Source: Bacteroidaceae bacterium
Lineage (GTDB): Bacteria; Bacteroidota; Bacteroidia; Bacteroidales; Bacteroidaceae
Reading direction: 5' to 3'
Assembly: GCA_036652575.1 (NCBI GenBank)
Contig: JAVVVP010000002.1
Span: forward strand, 25,154 to 89,153
Length of the DNA stretch: 64,000 nt
Position 1 is the first letter of the stretch. Each line of letters begins with the position of its first letter. Both the position numbers and the translations under genes were made by a program. Of the stretch, positions 9,682 to 18,849 are shown piece by piece. The notes beneath the pieces were generated by a model. The model made no database searches, was not told the origin of the DNA, and saw nothing but the letters and a program-made list of their open reading frames with translations.

Positions 9682-10641
9682 TTATTCGAAATCTATTTTG
9701 TAACAATCGTAGCAGATGCCGCGTCCTCCGAAACCTTCTTTTTGATGAAGTAAGCCTTCGTTGAGTTTCGCCCCACCTTGTTCTGTGCTAATACCAAAGT
9801 CGAGATATAAAAAACCATCTTCCGTAAAATGCGTGATAAGTTTGCTAAACAATAAGTCGAGAGCCCCCGTAGTTCGTCCGATGTCGGACGCTGCAATATA
9901 TTGGATATGGGCTACTTGATTACATTCAAACGTTACGCATCCGCCCACTACGTTTTCTCCCTCTTTTACTAGAAAAAACTTTATTTCATTCGGAAAATTT
10001 GTGGCTAATTTTCTTATTTCATCTATGCGATGCACAGGTCTTGTTCCATGGCGCAGACTCAGTACTTCGCTGAGTATTGTCCAAAAGCTATCTATATTCG
10101 TATTTGTTGCTTCCACCTCTGTAACCTTTAGCCCTGCTTTTTCTGCTTTTTTGATTCCACGACATCGTAAAGAAGATAGGTGAAGTGGGGTATCAAGTTG
10201 AATGCAGGAGGATAAAGAACGAGAGAAGAGCGAAGCCTTTAAACGAAATAAGGCATAAATATCTTCTTCTGCAGGATAGCGATGATAAATATAAGGTGTC
10301 GGCTTATAGCGTAAATGGCGTAGGCCAAGTTCTGAACGATAAAAGTCAATAGCTGCAGTTAGCATCTCTAACACCATCGTTCCAGTCGCGCTTTTACCCA
10401 TAATGAGTCCGCCATATGTAAGGCCTCCGTGTGACGTTACGGTACCTTCTTCTTTCACGACATTTGCAGGGAGAATCCCTATAATCTGTTTGTCCTTGAA
10501 AAAGAGTAACGAAGCATCACAAAAGCGTTCTGCGTGATAGTCCATAAACTCACGCTTAAGTAGAAAAGTGCCGTTCTTAGAGTGATCTATCCACTGATCC
10601 CAAAGTTGTTTGAAGTCCTTATGATATGGAATTACTCGCAT
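9682..10641 (-). CDS. FemAB-like GNAT-fold acyl/aminoacyl transferase, substrate unknown
   Basis: 319 aa. A two-lobed GNAT-like layout is recalled from FemAB/Acetyltransf_6 family members in polysaccharide loci. The family assignment is from memory, not from a search. Confidence 0.5.
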   Translation of the reverse strand: MRVIPYHKDFKQLWDQWIDHSKNGTFLLKREFMDYHAERFCDASLLFFKDKQIIGILPANVVKEEGTVTSHGGLTYGGLIMGKSATGTMVLEMLTAAIDFYRSELGLRHLRYKPTPYIYHRYPAEEDIYALFRLKASLFSRSLSSCIQLDTPLHLSSLRCRGIKKAEKAGLKVTEVEATNTNIDSFWTILSEVLSLRHGTRPVHRIDEIRKLATNFPNEIKFFLVKEGENVVGGCVTFECNQVAHIQYIAASDIGRTTGALDLLFSKLITHFTEDGFLYLDFGISTEQGGAKLNEGLLHQKEGFGGRGICYDCYKIDFE

Positions 10642-11066
10642 TTTCTTCTTTTCTCTTTATAAAGTTCATAATTGTTCTCATAACCATTCACATTATAAGC
10701 TTCTGAAGCCATGGCAATACACACCGCCCCGTTCGAAAAATCATAAAGTGAGCACCACACTCCCGCAGGAATCAATAAACCTTCGTTTGGCTCATTTAGG
10801 TGTATAGCGCATTGAGTCGTGCCATCGTCTACTGTAATCCAGAAATCTCCATTTATTGGAAATACGACTTCTGCGCATGTCCAATGAGCGTGTCCACCAC
10901 GTGTTTCTGCTATTGGAACACCATAAATCCAAAACACGCGTTTGACACAAAAAGGGAGATGCTTTTCGCTTTCTAAGAACGCTAAATTACCTCGGTTTTC
11001 GTGAATCGTAGGAAGTTTGATTATTTGGCAACCTTCTGGTAATGCTATAGGGTTTTTAAAATTCAT
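10632..11066 (-). CDS. WxcM/FdtA-like cupin, putative dTDP-4-keto-6-deoxyhexose 3,4-ketoisomerase
   Basis: 144 aa cupin with ENRGNLAFLE...PFCVKRVFWIYGVP..TRGGHAH, typical of FdtA/QdtA/WxcM N-domains. First gene of a tightly overlapping operon. Confidence 0.72.
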   Translation of the reverse strand: MNFKNPIALPEGCQIIKLPTIHENRGNLAFLESEKHLPFCVKRVFWIYGVPIAETRGGHAHWTCAEVVFPINGDFWITVDDGTTQCAIHLNEPNEGLLIPAGVWCSLYDFSNGAVCIAMASEAYNVNGYENNYELYKEKRRKCE

Positions 11067-11140
11067 CTTTTATTCTTGATTTTCATTATGAGAGCTGATG
11101 TTTACAGGTCAGAGTAGCATAAACCTTAACTCTTGCAAGG

Positions 11141-11148
11141 CAAAGATA
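11141..11148 (-). promoter_or_regulatory. -7 box (TATCTTTG on minus strand) for the sugar operon
   Basis: Plus-strand CAAAGATA lies about 75 nt upstream of the fdtA-like ATG at 11066. Confidence 0.4.
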
Positions 11149-11307
11149 CAATAGTTTTTTGTTAAATACATTGATATACCTCATAAAAATGGACAGCATG
11201 TTGCAATTCCTGATAGATATTTGTTTTATACAATTTGAATGAAATCCATTCTGAATCTTTTCTATTAGAGGTAATAGTGCAGCGTTACACTGAAAAAGTA
11301 TTCTTGC

Positions 11308-11380
11308 AAAAAAAAATGGAGCGCGCTGGATTTTTAATTCGAGTGCACTCCTTTTCAAATTCGAGCGCGCTCCATTTTTT
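11308..11380 (+). repeat. Tri-modular palindromic intergenic repeat, copy 1
   Basis: A 16-bp perfect inverted repeat, AAAAAATGGAGCGCGC (11311-11326) with GCGCGCTCCATTTTTT (11365-11380). The central module core GAGTGCACTC is itself palindromic. Confidence 0.85.
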
Positions 11381-11452
11381 AGGGTCAGATAATTTTATAG
11401 AAATAGCGAGGGGCTCATAAAAAGTTTTCGTGAAGTAGTGTTTTCTTAGAAT

Positions 11453-11486
11453 AAAGGGAGGTACTTAAATCTAAGTATCTCCCTTT
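11453..11486 (-). terminator. Hairpin terminator of the MFS transporter gene
   Basis: AAGGGAGGTACTTA pairs with TAAGTATCTCCCTT (14 bp, one G-U) around a 4-nt loop. It lies 25 nt downstream of the stop codon. Confidence 0.6.
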
Positions 11487-11510
11487 GTCCACATCGTATA
11501 GAGCAGATGC

Positions 11511-12866
11511 TTATTTCTTTATATTGGCCTGTTCAAGCCCATACTGTTTTTTTCGATCTTCTGCTTTAAGAATATAAGCTACAATAATAGCAAGTACTCC
11601 GAAGCATGCAAAAATAGCCATCGGGATGGTATAGTCATAAGATAGGGTGCCATCTGTATTTTTTGTGGTCGAAAAGTCATTGATAATCCAACCAATAAGC
11701 ATTGGGACCATTGAAAGTCCAATATTTTGAATATAAAAGATAATGGCGTAGGCGGACCCTAATTGTTTCATTGGAATAATCTTTGGAACAGAAGGCCACA
11801 TGGCACTCGGTACGAGTGAAAATGCAATACCAAGAATAATCATAACGATGACAGCAAACCACCATGTATTAAGTACCGGTAAAGCAAAGAGAATATGAAC
11901 CGTAGTAAGTAAAACAGAACCGATAATCATCAGTGTTGCTCCACGCCCGATACGGTCGTAAAGCGTTCCAAAAACGGGGGTGAGGAGAATGGTTCCAAAA
12001 GGAAGCATTGCAGGGATTAACCCTGCTAATTCTGGGTCTACGTGGTACTTGTAGATCATCAATTTCGTTGCGAATTTGAGGAAGGGAAATACGGCAGAGT
12101 AAAACAAGAGGCAAAGGATGGTGATAAGCCAAAATCCTTTGTTGCAAAAAATTAGTTGCAAATCTTTCATTTTGAATCCTTCTTCTTTTTCTTCGTTAAA
12201 TGCGGCAACAGAATCGTCCATCTTTTTATCTAAAACGCAATAGACAAGATAAAAAATAAGACCAATGCACAAGGCTATTGCTCCCATCATCACTGGTGCT
12301 GCGATGCTTCCCATTGCTTTTGCAACAGGAAGGCTAAAACCTAAAGCAGCGGCAGTACCAATACGTGCCATTGCTACTTGAAGTCCCATGGCAAGTGCTA
12401 ATTCACGTCCTGTAAACCATTTTACGATAACTTTAGATACGGTGATACAAGAAATTTCACAACCAACGCCAAAAATAGCAAAGCCCATGGATGTAAATAT
12501 AACTTGAGTATGCATCCCGAAGATCATATCGCTTGGATCAAATGTTGTGGAGATAGCGAAGTATTTTATCATTGCACCTGCAAGCATTAAGCTAGCAGAC
12601 ATAACGCCTGTGAAGCGGATGCCCATTTTGTCAAGAATGAGCCCTCCAAAGAAGAGCATAAGTAGAAATACATTGATAAAGCCATAAGAACCTGCAAAGA
12701 AACCATACTCGGAACTAGACCAACCTGTTTTTATCAGCATATCTTCGAGCGGAGAAATAACATCTGTCATAAAATATCCGCACATCATTGTGAACGATAC
12801 TAAGATCATAGCTGTCCATCTTGCCCATGCTTTCTCGTTGAGCTTTTGTTTGATAATTTCTGTCAT
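11511..12866 (-). CDS. MFS transporter
   Basis: 451 aa with about 12 hydrophobic helices and a central charged loop (DDSVAAFNEEKEEGFKMKD) splitting two 6-helix halves. Confidence 0.85.
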   Translation of the reverse strand: MTEIIKQKLNEKAWARWTAMILVSFTMMCGYFMTDVISPLEDMLIKTGWSSSEYGFFAGSYGFINVFLLMLFFGGLILDKMGIRFTGVMSASLMLAGAMIKYFAISTTFDPSDMIFGMHTQVIFTSMGFAIFGVGCEISCITVSKVIVKWFTGRELALAMGLQVAMARIGTAAALGFSLPVAKAMGSIAAPVMMGAIALCIGLIFYLVYCVLDKKMDDSVAAFNEEKEEGFKMKDLQLIFCNKGFWLITILCLLFYSAVFPFLKFATKLMIYKYHVDPELAGLIPAMLPFGTILLTPVFGTLYDRIGRGATLMIIGSVLLTTVHILFALPVLNTWWFAVIVMIILGIAFSLVPSAMWPSVPKIIPMKQLGSAYAIIFYIQNIGLSMVPMLIGWIINDFSTTKNTDGTLSYDYTIPMAIFACFGVLAIIVAYILKAEDRKKQYGLEQANIKK

Positions 12867-12939
12867 AATTTTTTGTTTATTTGATATTAGTTTTTTCTAT
12901 TATTTGTAGAGATCTATATTTCTTCTATCAACGATTCTT

Positions 12940-15129
12940 TTATTTGAGCCAACGGTCAAGCCAATTACGGAAGGTTCGTTGCCAAAGTATTCCGTTTTGT
13001 GGTTTTAAGACCCAATGATTTTCATCTGGAAACAGTAATAGTTCTGAAGGAACACCACGTATTTGTGCTGCGGTGAAAGCCGATTCTGCTTGTGATGCAA
13101 GTATGCGATAATCTTTTTGTCCGTGAATACAGAGTATTGGTGTGTCCCATTTATCTGCAGATAAGTGAGGAGAGTCGGTATATACCTTGGGGGTTTCTCC
13201 GTTTATTTTTTCCCAAGGAGCACACTTTAAATCCCAATTAGGGAACCATAGTTCTTCTGTTTCTACGTATTGTTGTTGCGTGTTGTAGATCCCATCATGA
13301 GCAATAAAGCATTTGAAACGTCCTTCGTGATGCCCTGCAAGCCAATACACGCTATACCCTCCGAAACTTGCACCAACACAGCCTAAACGTGTCGTATCTA
13401 CGTAGGGTTCTTTGCATACATCGTCTATGGCCGAAAGATAATCTTGCATACATTGACCAGCATAATCGCCACTAATTTGTTCAAGCCATTTCATACCATA
13501 ACCTGGTAAACCGCGACGGTTCGGGGCAACGATAATATAATCACCAGCTGCCATAATTTGAAAATTCCAACGGAAACTCCAGAATTGACTAACAGGAGAT
13601 TGTGGACCACCTTCGCAGTAAAGTAGAGTAGGATATTTTTTGGATGGGTCGAAATGTGGGGGATAGATAATCCAACACTGTTCCTCTTTTCCATCAGTTG
13701 TCTTTATCCAACGTTCTTTTACTGCTCCAAAAGTAAGTTGCGAGTAAAAATGCTGATTTTCGAATGTAACTTGTTTGATAGTTGTTTTTCCTTTGCTAGC
13801 CGCGGTTATAAAATACACTTCATCCGCTTGGCTAATGCTATGCCGTTTTGTAATAAGTTCTTTACCACTCGGAGTAAGACCTATTATTGAATAGTCGCAG
13901 ATGTCGTTTGTGAGTTTTTTTATCTCTCCATTTAAGTTTGTACGATAAATCATTGCCGTAGCATGCCAAACCCCCGAGAAATAAAGTTCTTTAGAGTTCG
14001 CTGCCCAACAAAAGGCATCAACTCCCGATTCAAAGTTTTCGGTAACATATCCTTTCTTACCTGTCTTTATCTCAAAAACGCAGAGACGCGTACGGTCGCT
14101 TTCATAACCATCACGTTCCATACTGCACCATGCTACATACTTACCATCAGGCGAAAATTGAGGATTGGTATCATAACCCATATTACAATCTTCTGTGTTC
14201 TTATTAAGAACTTGATTTTGCATGGTGTGAGTTAAGTCAGCTTTGGGTTCTGAATAGTTTGCTGGTTTGCATAGATTTTTTGTAGTGCCAGAAGTTAGAT
14301 CATATAAATAAATATCACTATCCGTGCTTACTGCATAAGATTTTCCTATTTTTTTGCGACACGTGTAGGCTATCGATTTAGAGTTTGGACTCCATGCTAA
14401 TTGTTCTATACCTCCGAAAGGGAGCATTGGACATTCGTACGGCTCATTCTCTAATATATCTTGAGCATCCGTAATTGCATTCCCATCGAAATGAGCTACG
14501 AACGGATGAGGTATGGACGTGATGTATTGATCCCAATGTTTATACATGAGGTCGGTCGCAACAAAACCTGAAGCTTTTTGTAAGTCAGAAGGATTTTTGC
14601 GAATCGTTGCATCCGTCTCAATTTCGTAGATGAGGATGATTTTCTTTTCATCAGGAGATAATAGAAATTCAGAGATGTCTTTTTTTTCTGTAGAAAGTTG
14701 TTTGCGAGCAGTACCATCTGGATTCATTTCCCAAACTTGAGACGTGCCACTTTCATTGCTCAGAAAAGCTAGTTTACTACCACCTTTTATATATACTGCA
14801 TTACGTTCATTGTTTTTAGACGTAGTAAGTAGTACGGGCTTGCTTTTACTCTTGCTCTCTAAATTCAGGCTGTATAACACCTGATGACTTTTGTTTTCGG
14901 GTACACTATAATATGCAACATTGTAGACCGCTGCTTTTTCAGTTGGTGAAATCGCAAAGTTTCCAATTCTGCCCATAGCCCATAATACTTCGGGAGTGAG
15001 GCGATCGTTTTTTAGTGTGAGGTTCTGTTTCCCAATAAAAGTAGTTGCATCAGCAGCTTTGGTGACAACCGAAGTTGCAGTAGTCGATGCTATAATAGAT
15101 GCAACGGTAAGCATTTTGGTAAGGTTCAT
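12940..15129 (-). CDS. Secreted S9 family serine peptidase (prolyl oligopeptidase/DPP-like)
   Basis: 729 aa with an N-terminal signal peptide and a beta-propeller region. The C-terminal alpha/beta hydrolase carries GASFGGYS (GxSxGG nucleophile), GQKDYRI (Asp) and DENHWV (His). Confidence 0.85.
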   Translation of the reverse strand: MNLTKMLTVASIIASTTATSVVTKAADATTFIGKQNLTLKNDRLTPEVLWAMGRIGNFAISPTEKAAVYNVAYYSVPENKSHQVLYSLNLESKSKSKPVLLTTSKNNERNAVYIKGGSKLAFLSNESGTSQVWEMNPDGTARKQLSTEKKDISEFLLSPDEKKIILIYEIETDATIRKNPSDLQKASGFVATDLMYKHWDQYITSIPHPFVAHFDGNAITDAQDILENEPYECPMLPFGGIEQLAWSPNSKSIAYTCRKKIGKSYAVSTDSDIYLYDLTSGTTKNLCKPANYSEPKADLTHTMQNQVLNKNTEDCNMGYDTNPQFSPDGKYVAWCSMERDGYESDRTRLCVFEIKTGKKGYVTENFESGVDAFCWAANSKELYFSGVWHATAMIYRTNLNGEIKKLTNDICDYSIIGLTPSGKELITKRHSISQADEVYFITAASKGKTTIKQVTFENQHFYSQLTFGAVKERWIKTTDGKEEQCWIIYPPHFDPSKKYPTLLYCEGGPQSPVSQFWSFRWNFQIMAAGDYIIVAPNRRGLPGYGMKWLEQISGDYAGQCMQDYLSAIDDVCKEPYVDTTRLGCVGASFGGYSVYWLAGHHEGRFKCFIAHDGIYNTQQQYVETEELWFPNWDLKCAPWEKINGETPKVYTDSPHLSADKWDTPILCIHGQKDYRILASQAESAFTAAQIRGVPSELLLFPDENHWVLKPQNGILWQRTFRNWLDRWLK

Positions 15130-15160
15130 AAGTTATAAGACTAATTATTTGTATAAATCA

Positions 15161-15202
15161 AGACAGCAACAAGCCATCTTTGACAATGGTTTGTTGCTGT
15201 CT
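15161..15202 (-). terminator. Hairpin terminator downstream of yidC
   Basis: A perfect 12-bp stem, AGACAGCAACAA with TTGTTGCTGTCT, around an 18-nt loop. Confidence 0.55.
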
Positions 15203-15229
15203 CTTTATTCTATGTTTTTATGATGTAAG

Positions 15230-17098
15230 TCAACGCTTCTGATTTTTCTTTTGTTCGTCTGCTTTTTTTTGCATTGCTTCAAAACGTGCCATCATTCCAC
15301 TTGCCTTCTTTGGGTTGTCCTTATTTTTGTCGTAGAATTCTTCCATTTTAGCAAGCAACAGCTTATCATCTGTCGTCCTTTTTAAATACCACATGGTAAG
15401 AGCACTAAATAGTAATGATATGAAATAGTAATAGTTAAGACCTGCTGAATAGTCGTTGAAAATAAAGAAAAAGAATACAGGCATAGCCAGCATCATATAT
15501 TGCATCATCTTCATTTGGCTTGCTTGCTCAGCAACCATACTAGATTGCTGCTGTTGCATCATCATCCAACTATATATTAAGTTCGTAACGCAAAACAAAA
15601 GACAGAACAAACTCAAGTGATCGCCAATGAGCCAAATGTGAGTACCCCAACTTATTACATCATCGTATGTAGAGAGGTCGTCAGCCCATAAAAAGCTTTG
15701 TTGGCGAAGTTCTATCGCATTCGGTACAAAGTTGAACATCGCAATCCAGATCGGCATTTGTAGCATCATAGGCAAGCATCCTCCCATAGGACTTGCACCA
15801 TACTTGCTGTATAGAGCCATCGTTTCTTGCTGCTTTTTCATTGCATCTTCCTTGTTGGGGTATTTTTTTGCTATTTCATCTATCTTTGGCTTAAGAACGC
15901 GCATTTTTGCGCTACTAATATAGCTCTTACGTGTTGTTGGATAGACAATAACTTTAAGAAGAAGTGTAATAATGAGAAGTACAACTCCCATAGACAAGCC
16001 AAACTGTGTGAGCCAGTCAAAAACATAAATAGTAAAGAAACGATTGATGTAACGGAATAGAGGCCAACCTAGATAGACTAATTCCTCAAGATTTAAATCT
16101 TTTTGGACGGGGCTAAGTTCGTTCATACTTTGTAGCAACCTATATTTGTTTGGTCCAAAGTACATTTGCATGGTTGTTGCTTTTGCACCTGTAGGATCTA
16201 ACGAAGTTTGCATCGAAGCTTTATAATATTTGAGGTATCCACTATTTTCAGGAAGTGGAGAACTCGATAATTTGGCATTGCTGAAATCTTCGTTAGATAT
16301 AAGTACACAACTAAAGAATTGATTTTTAAATGCAACCCAATCTAAGCGCTCTGCAACGTCTTTTTCTTCGTCTGTTGCAGCACTTAAATAATCGGTACCA
16401 TTATCTTTTTTCTTATAAGTAAGAGTGGCATATTGGTTTTCGAATTTATATCCTTTTTCTTGTTGCTGTGTAGAGTCTGTCCATTCTATAGCAATATTTT
16501 TAGCCGAAGCTGCGAACTGATTTTCAAGACCTTTCGTAGCAATAGCAAAATTTACCATGTAATGTTCGCCCAGAAGTTTGTAATCAAGACTAATGACGCC
16601 TCCATTCTTCGCTGTAAGTTGCATGGTTACAGTACTGTCGGTAACGTTCGTTGGGGTAAAGTAATATTGGCTTGTACGTATATTCTCTTCACGACCTGCA
16701 AAAATAAAATCCATTTTTGCATTCTTGTTGCTATACAAGTTTACAGGTTGCTTTTGCTGATTTTTGTAGTTCTTTAGACTGACGTTTGCAATACATCCAC
16801 CTTTTGTGCTAATCGCTATCTTTACTTCTTTATTTTGAAGAATAATATCTTTTGCTTCGCCTTTCTTTGCTTCGCCAAACAGAGATGTCGTATCTGTTGC
16901 AATAGAGTCAATAACAGGCTTTTTAATCTTTAGATTTTCAGCTTCTTTTATTATTTGTTGCTGTTGAGCTTGTGCAAGCATAATAGAATCTTGCTGGTGC
17001 ATTTTAGCTTTTTCTTGTTCATTAGGTTGACTAAAGTAACTAAACCCAATCAATACAAGTGCCATCAGGACGAAGCCCGTGATAGTGTTTTTATCCAT
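15230..17098 (-). CDS. yidC: Membrane protein insertase YidC
   Basis: 622 aa. N-terminal anchor, large periplasmic domain, and a C-terminal 60-kDa insertase core (PLFRYINRF..., GCLPMMLQMPIWIAMF) followed by a basic tail. Confidence 0.92.
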   Translation of the reverse strand: MDKNTITGFVLMALVLIGFSYFSQPNEQEKAKMHQQDSIMLAQAQQQQIIKEAENLKIKKPVIDSIATDTTSLFGEAKKGEAKDIILQNKEVKIAISTKGGCIANVSLKNYKNQQKQPVNLYSNKNAKMDFIFAGREENIRTSQYYFTPTNVTDSTVTMQLTAKNGGVISLDYKLLGEHYMVNFAIATKGLENQFAASAKNIAIEWTDSTQQQEKGYKFENQYATLTYKKKDNGTDYLSAATDEEKDVAERLDWVAFKNQFFSCVLISNEDFSNAKLSSSPLPENSGYLKYYKASMQTSLDPTGAKATTMQMYFGPNKYRLLQSMNELSPVQKDLNLEELVYLGWPLFRYINRFFTIYVFDWLTQFGLSMGVVLLIITLLLKVIVYPTTRKSYISSAKMRVLKPKIDEIAKKYPNKEDAMKKQQETMALYSKYGASPMGGCLPMMLQMPIWIAMFNFVPNAIELRQQSFLWADDLSTYDDVISWGTHIWLIGDHLSLFCLLFCVTNLIYSWMMMQQQQSSMVAEQASQMKMMQYMMLAMPVFFFFIFNDYSAGLNYYYFISLLFSALTMWYLKRTTDDKLLLAKMEEFYDKNKDNPKKASGMMARFEAMQKKADEQKKNQKR

Positions 17099-17142
17099 TC
17101 TTATGTTATAATGATTTCCTTATTTATCGGCAAAGCCTTTTC

Positions 17143-18747
17143 TTATTTTTTCTTGTCAATAATAGCTTTTATAAAGCTTAAGAACAAAGGGTGTGGCTTA
17201 AGTACGGTGCTATTATATTCTGGATGAAATTGTGTTCCTATATACCAAGTAAGAGAGGGAATCTCTACTACTTCAACTAAATTACTATCTGGATTTTCGC
17301 CGACACATAGCATTCCTGCTTTTTCGTAATCGGCTTTGTAGGCGCTATTGAATTCATAGCGATGACGATGGCGTTCTTGAATGCTTTCTTGTTTATAAGC
17401 AGCATAAGCTAAACTATCTTTTTTAAGTTTGCATTCATAAGCACCTAGGCGCATGGTTCCGCCCATATTGGTGATGTTCTTTTGTTCCTCCATTATATCG
17501 ATGACATTGTATGGAGTCTTTGCATCCATTTCTGTACTATTCGCATCGGTGAATCCAAGAGCATTGCGTCCAAATTCAACAACCATAATTTGCATACCTA
17601 GACAGATACCAAAGGTTGGAATATTCTTTTCACGACAATATTTTGCTGCTGTTATTTTCCCTTCTATACCGCGTTGACCAAAGCCTGGACAAATCATAAT
17701 ACCATCCATTTTATCAATGTCTATATTAACGTTCGCGTCTGTAAGTTTTTCACTATTTATGAAGTGGGTCTTTACTTTGCGATCGTTGTATATCCCTGCC
17801 TGAGAAAGTGATTCGAGAATACTTTTATAGGCATCTTGAAGGTCGTATTTTCCAACAAGTCCGATATTTAATGTTTCTTTTGCATTACGAATATGCTCAA
17901 GGAAATTACGCCATGGTCCAAGTTCTGGCGTTGGTCCAACTTCCATATTTAGTTTGCGAAGAATCGTTGCATCTAAGCCTTGTGCCTGCATGCTCAATGG
18001 TACTTCGTAAATAGTCGGCATATCAAGACTTTGAACTACCGCTTCTGGAGCGACGTTACAAAAGCTTGCTACTTTTTTTCTAAGTGCAACACCTAATTCA
18101 TGCTCAGCACGTAGAACTAAAACATCTGGTTGAATTCCAAGACTTTGAAGCTCTTTTACGGAATGTTGTGTCGGTTTTGTCTTTAATTCTTTCGCAGCGG
18201 CTAAATAGGGTACATAAGTAAGATGTACACTTATCGCATTCTTACCAAGTTCCCATTTAAGTTGTCGAATAGCCTCCAGAAAGGGGAGACCCTCTATATC
18301 GCCTACCGTTCCACCGATTTCAGTTATAACAAAATCAAAGTTGTGCTTTATGCCAAGGTGTTTAATACAACGTTTAATCTCGTCTGTAATATGGGGTACA
18401 ACTTGAATCGTCTTACCAAGATAATCACCACGACGCTCTTTTTCTATAACACTTTGATAGATACGTCCTGTCGTTATATTGTTAGCTTTCGTTGTCTGAA
18501 TACCTGTAAAGCGTTCGTAATGACCGAGGTCTAAGTCGGTTTCTTGCCCATCAACAGTTACATAACACTCTCCGTGTTCATAGGGGTTTAGAGTCCCTGG
18601 ATCTATATTTATGTATGGGTCAAACTTTTGAATAGTGATTTTGTAACCTCTCGCTTGAAGTAATTTCCCGATGGATGATGAGATGATACCTTTACCTAAA
18701 GAGGAGGCGACACCACCTGTAACGAAGATATATTTTGTTTCTGCCAC
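17143..18747 (-). CDS. pyrG: CTP synthase
   Basis: 534 aa. [16 protein letters not shown] is at the N-terminus and the glutaminase domain has GICLGMQ and HRHRYE. The start codon appears to be GTG. Confidence 0.97.
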   Translation of the reverse strand: MAETKYIFVTGGVASSLGKGIISSSIGKLLQARGYKITIQKFDPYINIDPGTLNPYEHGECYVTVDGQETDLDLGHYERFTGIQTTKANNITTGRIYQSVIEKERRGDYLGKTIQVVPHITDEIKRCIKHLGIKHNFDFVITEIGGTVGDIEGLPFLEAIRQLKWELGKNAISVHLTYVPYLAAAKELKTKPTQHSVKELQSLGIQPDVLVLRAEHELGVALRKKVASFCNVAPEAVVQSLDMPTIYEVPLSMQAQGLDATILRKLNMEVGPTPELGPWRNFLEHIRNAKETLNIGLVGKYDLQDAYKSILESLSQAGIYNDRKVKTHFINSEKLTDANVNIDIDKMDGIMICPGFGQRGIEGKITAAKYCREKNIPTFGICLGMQIMVVEFGRNALGFTDANSTEMDAKTPYNVIDIMEEQKNITNMGGTMRLGAYECKLKKDSLAYAAYKQESIQERHRHRYEFNSAYKADYEKAGMLCVGENPDSNLVEVVEIPSLTWYIGTQFHPEYNSTVLKPHPLFLSFIKAIIDKKK

Positions 18748-18832
18748 GATGTGATATTGTTTAGTTCTTAATTAAGTCAGCAAAAATACGAAAAAAAAGT
18801 GTCATACTACCATCTACCAGTGAAAAATAAAT

Positions 18833-18840
18833 TAACTTTG
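18833..18840 (+). promoter_or_regulatory. -7 box TAACTTTG upstream of the DUF3078-like gene
   Basis: Exact TAnnTTTG match, 9 nt before the ATG at 18850. Confidence 0.45.
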
Positions 18841-18849
18841 CCTTCATAA

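Noticed and set aside
5878-11066. A tRNA-Arg-adjacent glycan cluster as a possible integrated genomic island.
   Set aside because: There is no integrase, no direct repeat of the tRNA 3' end and no mobility genes. I could not detect an obvious composition shift by eye.
11086-11420. Small ORFs crossing the repeat copies (11086-11358 minus, 11235-11420 plus, 40573-40767 minus), which share peptide fragments such as LELKIQRAPF and LDFKIEGAPF.
   Set aside because: The shared peptides are simply translations of the palindromic repeat. Copy 2 has in-frame stops, and the frames and lengths are not conserved between copies. The repeat is treated as non-coding.
11067-11510. A possible invertible (phase-variable) promoter upstream of the glycan operon, as is common for Bacteroidales polysaccharide loci.
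   Set aside because: The only inverted repeat is the 16-bp pair of repeat copy 1, spaced 38 bp apart, and it does not enclose the promoter box at 11141-11148. No recombinase gene is nearby.
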